Below, piece by piece: positions 13,096-26,670 of a stretch of 64,000 bases of DNA. This DNA comes from Camelus dromedarius. Lineage: Eukaryota. Numbering within the stretch: position 1 is the first letter of the stretch; every line of letters starts with the position of its first letter. The notes under the pieces are model-generated. The model saw only the letters and a program-made list of their open reading frames with translations, ran no database searches and was not told the DNA's origin. The DNA is taken from the NCBI RefSeq assembly GCF_036321535.1, contig NC_087472.1:105400001-105464000 (forward strand). Direction: 5' to 3'. The translations under genes and the position numbers were made by a program.

Positions 13096-14399
13096 GGGAT
13101 GAAGGATCCCCACCTCTGTCCTCTAAACTGAAAGATCCTTTTGCTGAAAAATCTAGATTCTGCAGTTTTTCACTGCATTTCACACGTGCAAACCTAACCA
13201 CGGTATTCCTCCTCCTCAGAAGGGTAGAGCACAGGCAGGTGGATAAGGGCTCCCAGCAAGATGAAAATGTTTCCCAGTTCCCCAGGTGACCTTCCAGGCA
13301 AATCTGCGGCAGAACCAGTTTCCAAACCAGTGACCAAGTTCTATGGTAAGAAAGACATAAATCGAATTCCGTCTTTCATGGGCCATGCTGGCTTTTGTAG
13401 CTCCGGGCTGTGCAGTGACAACTAATATAACATAAGCCACGGGGCCACCCTGGTGGGCGCTTGTCCGTTGCAGCGGTTTGAACCTCCAGACGAGCAAAGC
13501 GCATTCACGAGAACAAAGGAGATGCTGCATATTCAATCATATATAGGGGAAGGCATTTCTGCAATTAAAAAAAGCAGCTTTTGTCGTGTCTGCAAGCCCC
13601 AGTGCAAGTATCCCATCTCCCTCCTCCATCTGTTTCACTGCGCCGCCGTAGAGGTCACCGCCTTGTGTAACGTGGGGGAACCGAGACTCCGGCTTCCTCA
13701 TGGCAGCACAAGGCCCTGCAGCCCCCAGCTGTTATGAAACAGCGCTGAGCTGCACAACAGGAAGCAGGGTCCCCGGCCAGTAAGCGAAGCCCTTCCTTCC
13801 CTTTCAGCAGGCCCCAGAACTTCCTTATCCACAGCTCCAAATCCTTTCACAGATGTTTACTTAGGAGCTGGCGGTTTCCTCCCCCTCCTTGAGCTCCTCT
13901 TGGGGAAACCATATGAAGCGGGCTTCTGCCATTTACCTCTCGTTTTAGGTTAGAAAGAAGCCAAGGGACGGGCCGTGGGACCTGCACTGTTCCCAGGGCA
14001 AGCTTGACATCACAGAGAAAAAGGCCCGCTTGACTGTGCCCGTCTCTCTTCTGTAAATATTTTGCGTGGGGATTTATCATCCTCTCTTTGCCCTTGAGGT
14101 GGAATTTCCCTTTCAGTTTACCCCTGGCACGGCCTCTTCCAAAATCAAACCAGGGATCCTGAAGCAGACCAGTTTTTTCTTATATAAATCTTTGCAAACA
14201 AAACAGAAAGTGTAAGAAGAGCTCTGTAAACAGCTGTTCAAGCTCGGCTGCTACAGTCGGCGCCAGGCACACGGGGGACAAATACTAACGTGTCTGGGAT
14301 TACACACGAGAAGAGGCTTCCCGAAACAGCGTGCAGCTAAGAAACCTTTCATTCCTGTATCCAAGAGTGTGCCACTGCTCCAGACCTTCTATTGACAGG

Positions 14400-14944
14400 T
14401 GCGTGTGTCTTCTATTGCTGCTGTGACAAATGACCGCAAACTTAGTGGCTGAAAGCAACACACATTTTTTTTTTTTTTTGATCGTACAGTTCTATAGATC
14501 AGAAATCTGGAAAAAAGAAGAAGTCTGGCACAGATCTCACCAGGCTAAGATCAAGCTGTTGGCCTTGGTGCATTACTTAGAGAATCCACTTCCTCGCCTC
14601 TCCCAGCCTCTAGAGCTGCCTGCGTTCCTTGGCTCATGTCCCTTTCCTCTGTCTTCAAAGTGGAGTGTGCCAGGCCAAATCCTTTCCATGCTGCCACCTC
14701 TCTGATCCTCTCTCCCATAATCACATCATTCACATGTTCCTTTCTCACTTTTAAGGACCTTTGTGATTACACTGGGCCCCACCCAAGTACTCCAGGATAG
14801 TAACTTTATTTTAAGTTCGTCTGATTAGCAACCTTAATTCCATCTGCAGCCTAAATTCCCCTTTGCCTTGTCCCATAATGTGTTCACAGGTTCCAGGGTT
14901 CAGGACATGCACATCTTTGCAGAGCCATTATTTTCTCTACCACA
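14400..14944 (-). mobile_element. MaLR LTR (MLT1C/D-like)
   Basis: ctattgctgctgtgacaaatgaccgcaaacttagtggctgaaagcaacac...gattacactgggcccc...ttttctctaccaca. Confidence 0.85.
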
Positions 14945-15768
14945 ACAGGCAATTACCTACATACATTTTTCTTTGTAACATAACATTTGTTCTCCTTTTA
15001 CTGTAACAAGACCCTTATATTTCTAGGAATCAAAGGCAGGAACACGCTCTTTTATGATACAAGATGTAATGTGAACAATAGCCACTCATTGTATCTGGTA
15101 ATGTACTTACTCTCCATTTATTTGTTTTTTGAATTCTTACTAGAGCCCCATAAACTATACAATGCACGTGAAAAACATTCTCATTTACAGTGGAGAAAAA
15201 AATCTGAGATTCAGAAAGATTAAGGTTCACTCAGCTACTGAAGTGACCATGACTTCCAAACAGTCATAAAAGACACATTTTTTCCTGCTTTTTCCACCTC
15301 CAGGCTCTCACCCAGGGAGGCCTTCCCCTCACCCCCACTCCCTGAGTCTCACCCTCTTCTAAGTTAAGCCCACCTGCCTGGTGAGTCCTGGAGCTCCACA
15401 GCGGGAATCATGACAGCCCCTCCTCCCCAGTCCTAGTTGGTCCTCGGCAGCAGCCTCGCCCCAACTCCCACCTCCACTCCCAAAGTCTGGGGCTGCTGCT
15501 CGCCTGTGCACATTGAGAATTTTGTGGGAGACCAGACTACCACGGAACTGATGCTACATCTTGGCCTTCTTTGCATCAAGAGAGCAAATCCTCATGAAAG
15601 AACAGAAATTAAGCTTTGAGTATGGAAAGCAGAACCCAGGAACGCTTTGGTTGAACGCGACCTGAGATCCCCTAGGTTTTCAACCTTGCAATTTTTTCTG
15701 ACATCAGTGGACACCCTGCTCTTGAAGAGCGCTGCTTTCAACTCAGTGTTTGGTCTCTCTCTCCCTGG

Positions 15769-16288
15769 TGTAAAACGGAGGAGCAATTCAGACTCCACAT
15801 TAGATCTGTTCCTTGAGCTCTAACCCTGTGCTCTGTTTCCTGTGCTGAGTCACGCTGGTTCTGCACCTTTTGTAAAAGAACGTTGCCTCGAGCCTGAAAT
15901 ACACAGGAGAGCCCATTCTCAAGGCTCTGACCTCCAAGGGTGTGACACTTTTCCATTCATACAGAGATAAAAAGTTGCAGCACGGAGAATAACATGTGTC
16001 TTGTTGGAGGTTTATAGGAACATTGTGACCTGACCTACGTGGGCAGCTGCAAAAACAAAGGATTCCGACACCAAGAAGTTTGCAACAACCAACCATACTC
16101 CCTCCCCTTTTTAGTATAAAAGGAGCCTCAATTCTGACTTGGGGAAGATGGTTCTCTAGGACATTAGTCCGCCATCTTCTCAGTCTGCCGGCTTTCCAAA
16201 TAAAGTCATTATTCCTTGCCCCAACACTTCATCTCCCGATTTATTGGCCTGTCGTGTGGCAAGCAGGATGAGTTTGGACTCGGTAACA
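15769..16288 (+). mobile_element. ERV1-like solo LTR, family A copy 1
   Basis: TG...CA termini, TATAAAA at 16115-16121, AATAAA at 16199-16204, AP-1 TGAGTCA near 15846. Aligns end to end with 33505-34021. Confidence 0.9.
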
Positions 16289-16691
16289 TGGGGACACCCC
16301 ATGATCACCTCTGGGGATGGGGCTGAGGCTGTGGCAGCTTCATTTCCCTGCAGCCATTTGGTTTCAGTGAGGGTTTTGAGCCCTCACGCCACTAGTCAAG
16401 CCTTTGCTAGCATGAGAGTCAGCACCACCGGAGTGAGGGAAGGGCAGAGATGACCGCTGCCAATGAAACTATGACCAAACAACGAAATGAATGATTTTCT
16501 ATCTGGGCGCTGGCACAGTACACGTTTTTTTTTTTGGTGTTTTCTTGTGCTTTCAGCTTGGGAAGAAAGGCACTCTTTTTGTGAGTTCTTTGCTGTAAAA
16601 CCAAATAATTCAGCCAGGTATCTTGTAGTAAAAGAAAACACAAAAATTGATGGAAGAATTTCTTCCTAATGAGCCCTGCTTGAAAATCACT

Positions 16692-16717
16692 CACACACAC
16701 ACACACACACACACACA
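16692..16717. repeat. (CA)n microsatellite
   Basis: Direct reading. Confidence 0.95.
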
Positions 16718-17134
16718 TCCAGGATTAGGGCACTCCCCTTCATTGTTTTTGGAAACCAGGATATTGTCCAGTTGTAAGCATCCACATCTTCAATCACTCA
16801 CTCAGCACCACACAGTATCTTCCCTTGCCTATTGAAGTCAAATTGGGCACAGCCCTGCTTCTCACCTTCCTTAGACTCCCCTCCCAGCCCACTGGCTGCC
16901 TAGGAACGACTTCTGATTCTCCTGGGCTCAGTGCTGCTGCTGCTATGCAACCCAGAGGCTCTGTTTGCAAACCCCTCTGGTGGTATCTGAACATCACCCT
17001 CAACAAGCAGACAGCGAACTGCTGGAGGCCATTTCATCTTTGTCTCTCAGAGTCAGTCCAGTCAGAGTCCTGCACAGAACAGGTGGTGAAAAGATCAACT
17101 AGGTATGTGCAAGTGGAGACTGGCTAGAAAAGAA

Positions 17135-17500
17135 CATGCTAGAAAACACAGTATTGTACCCTGGATTGGCTCCTGGGATAGAAAAGGCACATTAATGGAA
17201 AAGCTGACAAAACCCAAATAAACTCTGGAGTTTAGTTGTTAACAGTCCCGCCCCAATGCTGGTTTCTTAGTTTGGACAAATAAACAGTGGAACTGGTATA
17301 TACATGCATGACTGGGACGCTGTGGTGTACACCAGAAATTGACACATTGTAACTGACTGTACTTCAATTTAAAAAATAGAAAAATAATTTTTTTAAAAAA
17401 CAGTGGAAATGTAAAAAGGTAACATTAGGGGACACTGGGTGAGGGTTATACAGGAACTCTATACTATCGTTGCAACTTTTCTGCAAATTTAATTCCAAAG
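17135..17500 (+). mobile_element. Old L1MC-like 3' end interrupted by a young L1 tail (17293-17397)
   Basis: cctggattggctcctgggatagaaaagg...tcgttgcaacttttctg. The insert tatacatgcatgactgggac...acttcaatt+A tail is flanked by a perfect TSD aaacagtggaa (17282-17292, 17398-17408). Confidence 0.85.
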
Positions 17501-18299
17501 TGAAGAATTTACTCTAACAGAAGCAAGCATGCTATTTGGCTTTAAAGACAGTGTGACATTTTAAGATTAGTGGTACAATAAGAAAAATGGATTAAACCTT
17601 TCTCTGCCCCTCCTTGCTCCCCCCTCTTCGTGGAACCTGGCTGGCTCACAGAGCTATAAAATGGCCCTGTCAGTGGGTGTCCACCTACAGCCCATCTGGA
17701 AGTGTGGACAATTAAGAGTACAAAAGATGTAGCCATTCAAAGTGGCAGGGAGAAGGGCCACTTAATTTAAAAGGGTTTTTTCCTTTGATTTCCCAGAATC
17801 TCCCTCTGGAAATAGGCGGTGTTTGCCAAGCCAAGATCACAGTCTCATGCGGCAACCTCAGGCTTGCGAGAGCTAGACTGCCCCACAGCCTCATCCTTGC
17901 GACGCTGCAATGGATGGAGATTTGGTGATGGAGAAAAGGGTGTGGTCCTTCACTCTTCTATTCCCCAAGGCTGGGAGGCTGTTACAGCTGGAGCTGATAC
18001 CGACCAGGAAACTTGTGTTTGTTTCCGTGGGTGGCTGATCTGGGTCAGAGAAAAGCATTCTAGTCACTGATGAGGGAGGTTCACCTCAACTTGTCATCCC
18101 TACAGTTCAACTTAAAACTAAAAACACCAGCAAAAACACTCAGAGGCCAACCTTTGGGGCCATTGGTTAGTGGCTCAGAGCATTCCATTTGTCCTTTGTG
18201 AGCGTGTTAGGGAGATTCCGACTGTTCCAAGGCAAACGGTCATTATCTTTGGGGGTGACAAGTCTTAACTAGAGAGGGAGTAAGGCAACCTAAAAGATT

Positions 18300-18450
18300 A
18301 GGACAGAGAACTATATTCAATACCTTGTAATGGCCTATAATGAAAAAGAATATGAAAAGAAATCTGTTTATCTGTATAACCGAATCACTATGCTGTACAC
18401 CAGAAATTAACACAACATTGTAAATCAACTATACTTCAATTTAAAACAAA
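18300..18450 (+). mobile_element. Short L1 3' end
   Basis: actatattcaataccttgtaatggcctataatg...acacaacattgtaaatcaactatacttcaat. TSD aaaagatt at 18292-18299 and 18451-18458. Confidence 0.9.
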
Positions 18451-19587
18451 AAAAGATTGTGGCAAATACCTAGAAATCTGAAGTCAGGCATCTCCCACTG
18501 GCTCGCCATCCCATCCTCACATCCCCCACCAGGTCTTACCGAATGCAGACCAAATGGTCCAAAGTCTCAGACTGAAATGAAGCCCCACGAAGCTGTGAAA
18601 GTCCAGGCCCACTACCATGGGTTTTGTCTCCACCAGAATAACGGGAAATGTTGAGCTTTTGTCCACTTAGACATGAATTTAATTTTTTTCTTAGTATCAC
18701 TGTTACCACTTTCCCTCTGAGAAGAAAGCGAGCTTGCAGACAGACTTGGGAAACCTAGGTCTCCCCAGCTCAGCCCGATCACAGAGGGGAGGCCTGGCTT
18801 CTCCCTCCTGAGCTGCCCTCTGGGGCCCCGGGACGCGGGTCCACATATGCGGGGTCAGCCCAGGTGGGTGACTGCAAGACTCGCAGCAAGGAACAAGTAG
18901 GCAGATGTCAAGAGCCACAGAAGACAGGGTTTGTGTGTGCCCTTCTCTCTACAGACTAGCTCTGCCCTCCGTCCCAGACCGGGTCCCCTCTCACGTCGGC
19001 TCCTTCCTTCATGACGGCTCTAACAGATGCTCTTAACCATGGACGTGGCAGCCCCTCAGAGAGGAAAAGCCCCCAGCATGGGACACGCTCTTTGCTATTT
19101 TTATTTCCCCACCAAGGATGAAAGCTTTCATTTGCAGACGCAGACTGAGTCATGCTTGCAGCCAAGATTAGCACGCAGGAGTCTCAGTTTGCAATCTGGC
19201 GGGGAACACGTTTCCAACATTATTTATGCAACAGTGACCCTTGCTCACTTCTCTCCTCCCCGAGTTTCAGGCACAGGGACCCCTTTTCCTCTTTGCATAA
19301 ACCATGGGGCCTCGATCACCTCTTCCATCTAGCGGTCCTCAATCTTCCATCTAAGCCTCGGCAGCAGGCTGAGCTAACCCCCAGTTTGAGACATCTGTTT
19401 TTTGCCCAGATAATTACGTGCCTAACATTGTAATTCAGGCTTGGCACTGGTGTTTCGTAACATTTTCTTTTTTTTAAGCTGGATTCTTCCAAGCGAGGGG
19501 AGGAGGGCAATGGGGAACTGAAGACAGGAAAAGGCCAATTCCTTTTGATGAGATGCTGAGCAAACTGGAACAGGGGCGCCTGGACCC

Positions 19588-19758
19588 TCGCTGTTCAAAG
19601 TGGGGTCTGGTCCCAGGACCAGCAACGTCAGCATCACTGGGCTGCTTGTCAGAAACGCAGCATCTCAGCCCCACCTAGACAGCTTGAATCAGAATCTGCA
19701 TTTTCACAAGATTCCCAGCTGACTCGTGGGCACATGGAAGTTGGAAAAGCACTGCTCT
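19588..19758. mobile_element. MER5A-like hAT-Charlie MITE
   Basis: ccaggaccagcaacgtcagcatcactggg...ttgaatcagaatctgcattttcacaagattccc...gaaaagcactgctct. Confidence 0.85.
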
Positions 19759-20189
19759 CTTCCTGAACGTGTGGCGTCAATGTGAAGAGTACCAGGCAGT
19801 GCCCCGAATGCTTAATGACCTCCCAGTTGGTCGGGCCAACTCTAGACAACTCTGAGGTCGCCAACTGGGAAATTAACCCTTTCTCCATCTTAAGGACCAT
19901 CACTGCCGCCCTAAGGTGGTATGGGAACAGTGCTGAACGACTTCTTTTATACTCGTAAGAAAATCAACGCAAATCCATCGCAAAGGGAAAAGGGTAGACT
20001 TCCAAATCTGAGGGCAGCAACACTTTTCCAACTGTGGGCAAGCCAAGGCTGGAGGCAAACGGGAAGACCGCTGGTCTTGGGTCATGAGAGCTGGGCTGTA
20101 TTTCTAGTGAGCACCGGCCAGACAGAGGAACTTGGACCATCTCTCAGCGCTGCAGAGGTAGAACGGTGACAAGACTTAATGATCTTTAC

Positions 20190-20360
20190 GATCGTAACCT
20201 GTATAATACAGCACTGATTTCTTTTTCTTTCTTTCTTTCTTTTCTTTTTTTTTGTGTCAGTGTCCCCTGGCTAGAATGCAATGTCCTTTGGGGCAGAAAC
20301 TCTAAATTTTAGTCACTGTTTATCTCCAAAACACGGAACAGTCCCAAGCATCCAGTGAGC
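20190..20360 (+). mobile_element. L2 3' end fragment
   Basis: gtcagtgtcccctggctagaatgcaatgtcctttggggcagaaac...gtcactgtttatctccaaaacacggaacag. Confidence 0.55.
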
Positions 20361-21854
20361 CGTCATGTAGCAATCAACTTTTCCCATCCCTAACGCCTCA
20401 GGAAAGGATCCTGAGCATTTGTTATTGAATGGTTCCCCAAACTTTCTAAGCCCAAGAGAAAAACCAACATGACTTTCAATTTGCATTTATTTCATGATTC
20501 TCTAGCTAAATCTCTTCATCCAACTCGACATGCTTTCACATGGTGTCACTTTCTCCATGAGGTCTGCCTTCCCTTGAATCTTTCCTCACAAACCTGCATG
20601 TCATGTTTTCTTTAGGAACTTTTGCAAAACTGATGTTTTAAAATGTGTTGACCGCATCATATTCCCTCTCCTTATTTATCAGTCACTGAGAAACAGATAT
20701 TCCCTGTGGGGTCCAGTACTTCAACCGGAAAGCTAATGTTCCCTTCCCCACCAAAAATCTGAGCAAAGGTTGGAAAGACCCTCGTGGGCAGATAAGTGCC
20801 ATTTTTCAAAAAGCCAGCTACAAATGCTCCAGTGTTTTTATAGACATTTCATTTTTATACAATATAAAAATATCAGAGGAATAGCTTGAGCTGGATGGTT
20901 ACGACTCCGGAAATTGGGGAATGGCCAAAAAAGGAAAAATTCCAGTATAATAGTGTCATATGTTTTCCCTCATTAGTTCTTCCTATTTAAGCCCTCAGCG
21001 TCTCTCTCCATCTTCTCTTCACACGCCCAAGCACATTTCAGACCTCCCTTACTCCCTGATCAGTTTTGTGTTTCATTTAAGTGTTGGTATGACGAAATCC
21101 TATGAAAAATCAGGCAGATAATCATTTGTCTGGAACACATTTGTCCGTCAGGACTCAAATGAATTTAAAAGTTGCAAACATAGGAGTTGCAGGCTGTGTG
21201 CTCAGACCCCTTAATAACAGGCATCTCTGCCTCAGTAGGAGGCTGGAGGAAACACTGGGGAGATGTCATCATCCACCATTCTTGGTCACGGCACAGTCGC
21301 ACAGCCCAAGCCAAGTGCTACTCAGCCCACAGAGCTACTTCAGAGATGCTGGTGCGTGTAGCATCATTCCCCGCAGTTTTCCCTTGTAGCACTGATTTTT
21401 TATTTGTCTTGTTGTTTGCAGTCTCGAGAACCAGAACTCGTTCTGATGCCTGCTGGTGTGGCCACGTTAGATGTACACCTGCCACCATGTTCTATTTCTT
21501 TTTGTGCAACGATGGCTCCACTGGTTCTTAGTTTTTTAAATTTTCTGGCTCTGAGAAGTGATGTTTTGTTCCAAAAGAGAATCACCATAGAAAGGAGTTG
21601 TGTGTTTCTCACCCAACCTCAGGGCTCTCTTTTTGTAGGATTCTTCTGTCCACTCACTGTTTCAGATGGGAAAGCATTGAAATTCAAAACACTAAGTCAG
21701 AACTGAAACCTTGTGGGTTTCAGGTCTCCTTTTCCATTTGCCCTTCTTTAAAACCCCCAGAGCCCTACGTGGAGAAGTGTACGCGTGCCGGGAACGGGGA
21801 GCAAGGCTCAAGGGCGCCGGGCTAGAACCCGTGATGATGTGGCTCGCCTATTAA

Positions 21855-21990
21855 TCACAGACCTTTAGAGATGGAAAGGACCAGAAAGAGTCCAGGAAAG
21901 AACCTGATCCAATTGCATCATTTTACGAATGAGTAAAATCAAAGCCAGAGAGAGTGACCTGCCCAGAGTCACGCAGCTAAGTAGAAGCCA
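21855..21990 (-). mobile_element. MIR-family SINE
   Basis: cacagacctttagagatggaaaggacc...cattttacgaatgag...gtgacctgcccagagtcacgcagctaagt. Confidence 0.7.
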
Positions 21991-24900
21991 AGAGCAGATT
22001 GATACATCTTGGCTGTAGTTGGGCGCAGTTACATTATGTGCCTGAATGTGGATCTGTTTGGTCTACCGTTCCCCAACAGCATCAGAGAACCATGCAAGTA
22101 AAAAAACAAAACAAAACAAAACAACAACCCTGCAGCTGCTGGCAGGTCACTGCACATTATTTAAAATGAAAAAGCATCTCCACTTATTTTTGGAGAAGGC
22201 AATATAAGCCAGGATCTAGACCCAATGAGGAGTTCTTAGGAGTAAGAGAGATCTGTGTGACTCCCAACCAGTTCTCTGTAACTCCAGTGAAGGTGATTTA
22301 CATTCAACATCCAGCAACCTAAAGAACTGAAGTAGGGGTGAGGTTAGGGAGCTGAGTTAATGGGGACATTTTTTCAGTGGAGATCAGATTCTGGGATCAT
22401 TGCCAACTAGTTGAAGAAGCCCTTACAACCAGCCCACGAGGAAGGCTTCAGTGACTTGACTGAGTGAAGATGTGTTCCAGTGTCAGGATTTTCAAAACAA
22501 GTTCATAGCAGCCATATGTTAACAGCAAAGCAAAAGTCACAGAGGAATCCAAAAGGGAGCTTCCCTGCTGAGAACTAATGAAGCCCTTTCAATAATTTTT
22601 AGGCTAACTTGTTGACAAGATGATTGTAGAAACTACGGTGAAAAGACACTAGAAACAAACCGTTTTCAAACAAGACTGACCTACGGGTGGAAGAGGCGGT
22701 TAATGGGGCCATTTTTTTTTTTTCACTTGACCATCCCAGCAGCCTACGTGCCAGGTCTGGACCCTTTATCCATCCAGACAAGGGGTCCTGATGTTCCTTT
22801 CAGGAGGGGCTACATCCTTGGAATCTTTATGCTCATCAGAAAACTCAAAGACTCTGCAACAGTAAGAAAAGAAAGCAAAACGAGTCTGCAAAGATGGAAA
22901 TGGTTAATTCACAAACACTTGGTCAGATTCTTACTAGATGGAGGTCAGAGGTCCTTCACTTTGTACTGAAACATAAAATGAGTGGCAGCAACCAGAGATT
23001 TGTTGGAAAAGTCAGGGCAGTGTCTCTTCTCAGGCCGAGGAAGATCAAGAGAATGGACCGAGCAGTGCATGACCAGCTGGTCTCTGAACAGTGCGATGCG
23101 GCCGGCCAGCAAGAGGAAAAGATGGCTTCAAGCCCATCCCCGAAAATGAAACACTGAGAAGCAACTAGAAAGCAAGGCAGGGAAGTACCTGAACGGCTGA
23201 GTGAAAAGCAGAGATGCTCCACTCTGGGTCTCAAACTCCTGCAGATTCACAGTTATAACAGGGACCGAGAGATTCAATTTCAAACATGTATTTTCCCACT
23301 CAAATGAATGCAGTGCTCTAGCTCAAAGATTCTTCTCTTTCTAATCCATTTCAAAATTCTGAAAAACACTTCTTATATCTTGTAGAAGGCCACCAAACAT
23401 TGAGAGTGCCCAAAAGGGGTCGCTTAAAAAAAAAAAAAAAAGTTCAGAACTGCTGATACAGCAGTTTAAATGAAAAATTCAGACAAGATGAGATCAAGGG
23501 ATTTTCATAGAGAAAGATGATGAAAGCCCTGGAAAAGGAGAATTTTAATTCTTCAGCTAATTTCTTTATGGTCTCTGCTGATCACAAAGATAGATGGTTC
23601 TATTGGTTTTATAAAGGCCATTTGGTTAGCAGAACATGTGTGTAAGGCTAAGATTTGAAGGAAGAATCATCAAAATCTCTGAAAAGGGTTTTTGTTTCCA
23701 GCCTAAAGGGAAAAAAAATCAGATTTTTCTTTTCTGTACTGAATGATTTATTGATATACCGCATATATACACAGAATTCCAGAAAAGAAATATCTTTGCA
23801 ACTTTGGGGCCTTCATCTTCCGGTTCTGAAATGAGCAAAAAACATTGTCATACTCAGCCCAGAGACAGAGAAGTAGTTTAATGAAATGAACCCTCACAGT
23901 TTATGAGGTTCTTTGAAATGTTTAGCTCTAGTAGGTCATAGAAATGCAAATGATCAACAGGAAGTCAGCGAGGACCCTGGCAAGCCACTGCTGTAGCTGA
24001 AGGCAGACTTTTTCACTAATCTCCAGACACATGGCAAAAAAGGAAAAGGAGGACTTTAGAGATGGGAGATCTTGTAATCTCCTCCACGTAATCCCGGTAG
24101 TACAAACAGTACTGCTGACCCAGGCGCTAGTGGTGCAAATCTGACATTACCATCAACAGGAAAATTCAAAGGACAGATTAAATAGGCGACAGGAAGAGAA
24201 GGGTAGGAGGCAGAAGATTCTTGCATTCAATGAACACTAACCCCACCATTTCTGGTTGTCTAGGGTACAAACAGAAATAAAATGCGTCTTCCTTCTCCCT
24301 CAAAGCTCACACCCAGCTTAAATTTTAAAATCCTTAAAGTGCGGTCATCAAGGAAAAGGGAAAAAGAAAAACATTCAAAATCAGGGAAAGCAAATCCAAA
24401 AGCATTTTATATTTTCTCATTCGATACTAGAATTTTCCCCCGGCTTTATTAAGACATAAAAACTAGACTTAAAAAAAAATCACTCTATTTTATGTTGTCT
24501 TTTAAAAAAAAAAATCACATGGCAGTATTAGTACAGACAGAATTCTAAAAATGTAGCTTTGTGTGTTTAACCTCATATTCTAATACAGAGCTAGAATAAA
24601 TGGATTTAAATCACTGATATTTGAGCTGAAGGCTTGAAGTTCATTATCAGCCTGTCTGGAAATGATTTAGCTTACTCTCTGGGGTTCTTGATTTTGATTT
24701 GCATGTGTTTCTGCCCAGCTTGCGGCTGTAAAGGCCGCCAAGAGGAAACACCACGGCAGGGCCCCAGTCCGTCTCATTCTTGAGAAACGGCTGAGTTGGC
24801 TCCTGGGACAGGCTCAGGCTTCTAGAATATTGTGGGCTTACTGGGCCAATCATCACAGCCACAGTTTCTAACGCCAGGTTCAACGTCATGTTTTGGTTTT

Positions 24901-26609
24901 TATTTCATAGCCAAAGGACAGACAACAAAGACACACTTTTTTGCCTGCTCTTTTCAAAGCTTTTTTTTTTTTTTTTTTCAGCAAGTCCTTGGAAGAATGT
25001 ATGGGCAGGCGTTTCTGCTCAGTCTGAAAAAAAAGCAGCAGAGCAGAAGAATGCAGAAGGTTTCACTTCCTCTCTAACCTTTACTGAGCAGAAAAGAGCC
25101 ATCTGAAAACGGTGTCTCTGGGGAGGAGAGAGTCACTTCCTGGCTGCTTCTGTCAAGAGAGACCCTGTCACGTGACACACCTACAGACGGTAGAGAGAAG
25201 CATCATTTATTCTACCTTTCACAGAAACCCACAACTAAGTAACACGGACCTCTGATTTAGCATCCTTTCCCTGGAGTGGAAAAAGCCATAAAAGATGGTG
25301 CCAAAAAGATGGTGCAGCCTTGGGTAAAATGTACCTCTTAGCAATAAAGCTTCAGGTGGTGCAAGTCATATGTATCTATTAGGTTGGTCGTTCCTTTAAG
25401 AAAAACACAACAAATGTCTAGAAGGACAGGAAGGCACTCATAAAAGAGCAGTCATCAAATTGGAGACACCAGTAACACAAGGCACTCACGCTCAGATTCT
25501 CTTAGTGTAATTTACAACACCCATGGGCAGCACGAACCCCCTAGTCACACCCATTACTTCTCTCCTTTTGATCAACGTAATGGCTTCCCGGTTTTTCAGA
25601 AGATAAATCTTAAGTGTAATGCTGCCCCTCAGATAATAATAAAGGTATTTTATCCTGTTTTGCCACTGATGACTAAAAGGAAGGTGAGCTGAGTTGAATG
25701 GGGGGAAATACAGCTGGGAATTGTGGAATGAGAAACACACGCTGGAGGAAGTGTGAGGGTGAAACCAAACACTTGGTTCAGAGGTGAAAACTCCATCTGA
25801 CCGGCTGGTTGCAATTTTGTCTTCCTGATAGCACTTGGATTGGTTGTTTTTTCCTCCAAAAGACACAAAAATAAAATCAACCGAGAGCTGGCTTACCCCT
25901 AACTAGAAGCGTTTAGTTTGCCTATGGATCAACTGGAAAAATCGAGTTAACCAGGTCTGTTGAATTACCAGCCAACTCAACCTCACTCACGTCCTCTTCT
26001 AGAATTAGGCAACCCCACTGCGTGTTTCTGAACAGCTTTTCCAGAAGATGAGTGAGGCGTATACAGCTTTCAACACTGCCTGTTACACGATTTATCATCC
26101 TGAAACAGGACTGCAAATTTATCGCCAAAGTCCCTCTCTGTTTCATTTGTGTGTCTTTCAGTGTCTTACCCTCAGTAGTGCATGCTTCCTAAGTGTGTGC
26201 TGAATGAATGCAATCTGCTCGTGACCCCGCATCTCACCCCTCCAAATAAATACATATAAATCAGCAAATAAATAAAAAAGATCAATAACTAGTCCATATA
26301 AAGGCCAGATAATGTGTGTTCATATAGACCTCCACAAGGTCAAGCACCTGGGTGCTTGGAAACTTCTGGATGGTTGTCTCCATTATTCCATGTTTCTCCA
26401 ATTATTTAATGATAAAAAGAGATAATAGACAGAGATAGATTCTGAAGTAAGTCAAGAAAATGATCTACCAACCCCACGGTCCTTTTGTTCCTACTGCGAT
26501 CTAAAATAATTTTTATTCTAGGAGCAATTTAGCAAGATCAGGATCTGTCACTTAGGATGGTTTACCCGTACGCGACAATGAGACGCAGACTGTTCCTGTG
26601 TGTTGGTGT

Positions 26610-26670
26610 GATCTCTCTCTCTCTCTCTCTCTCTCCCCCTCCCTCCATCCCTCCCTCCCTCCTTTCATTT
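26610..26670. repeat. (CT)n / (CCCT)n pyrimidine tract
   Basis: Direct reading. Confidence 0.9.
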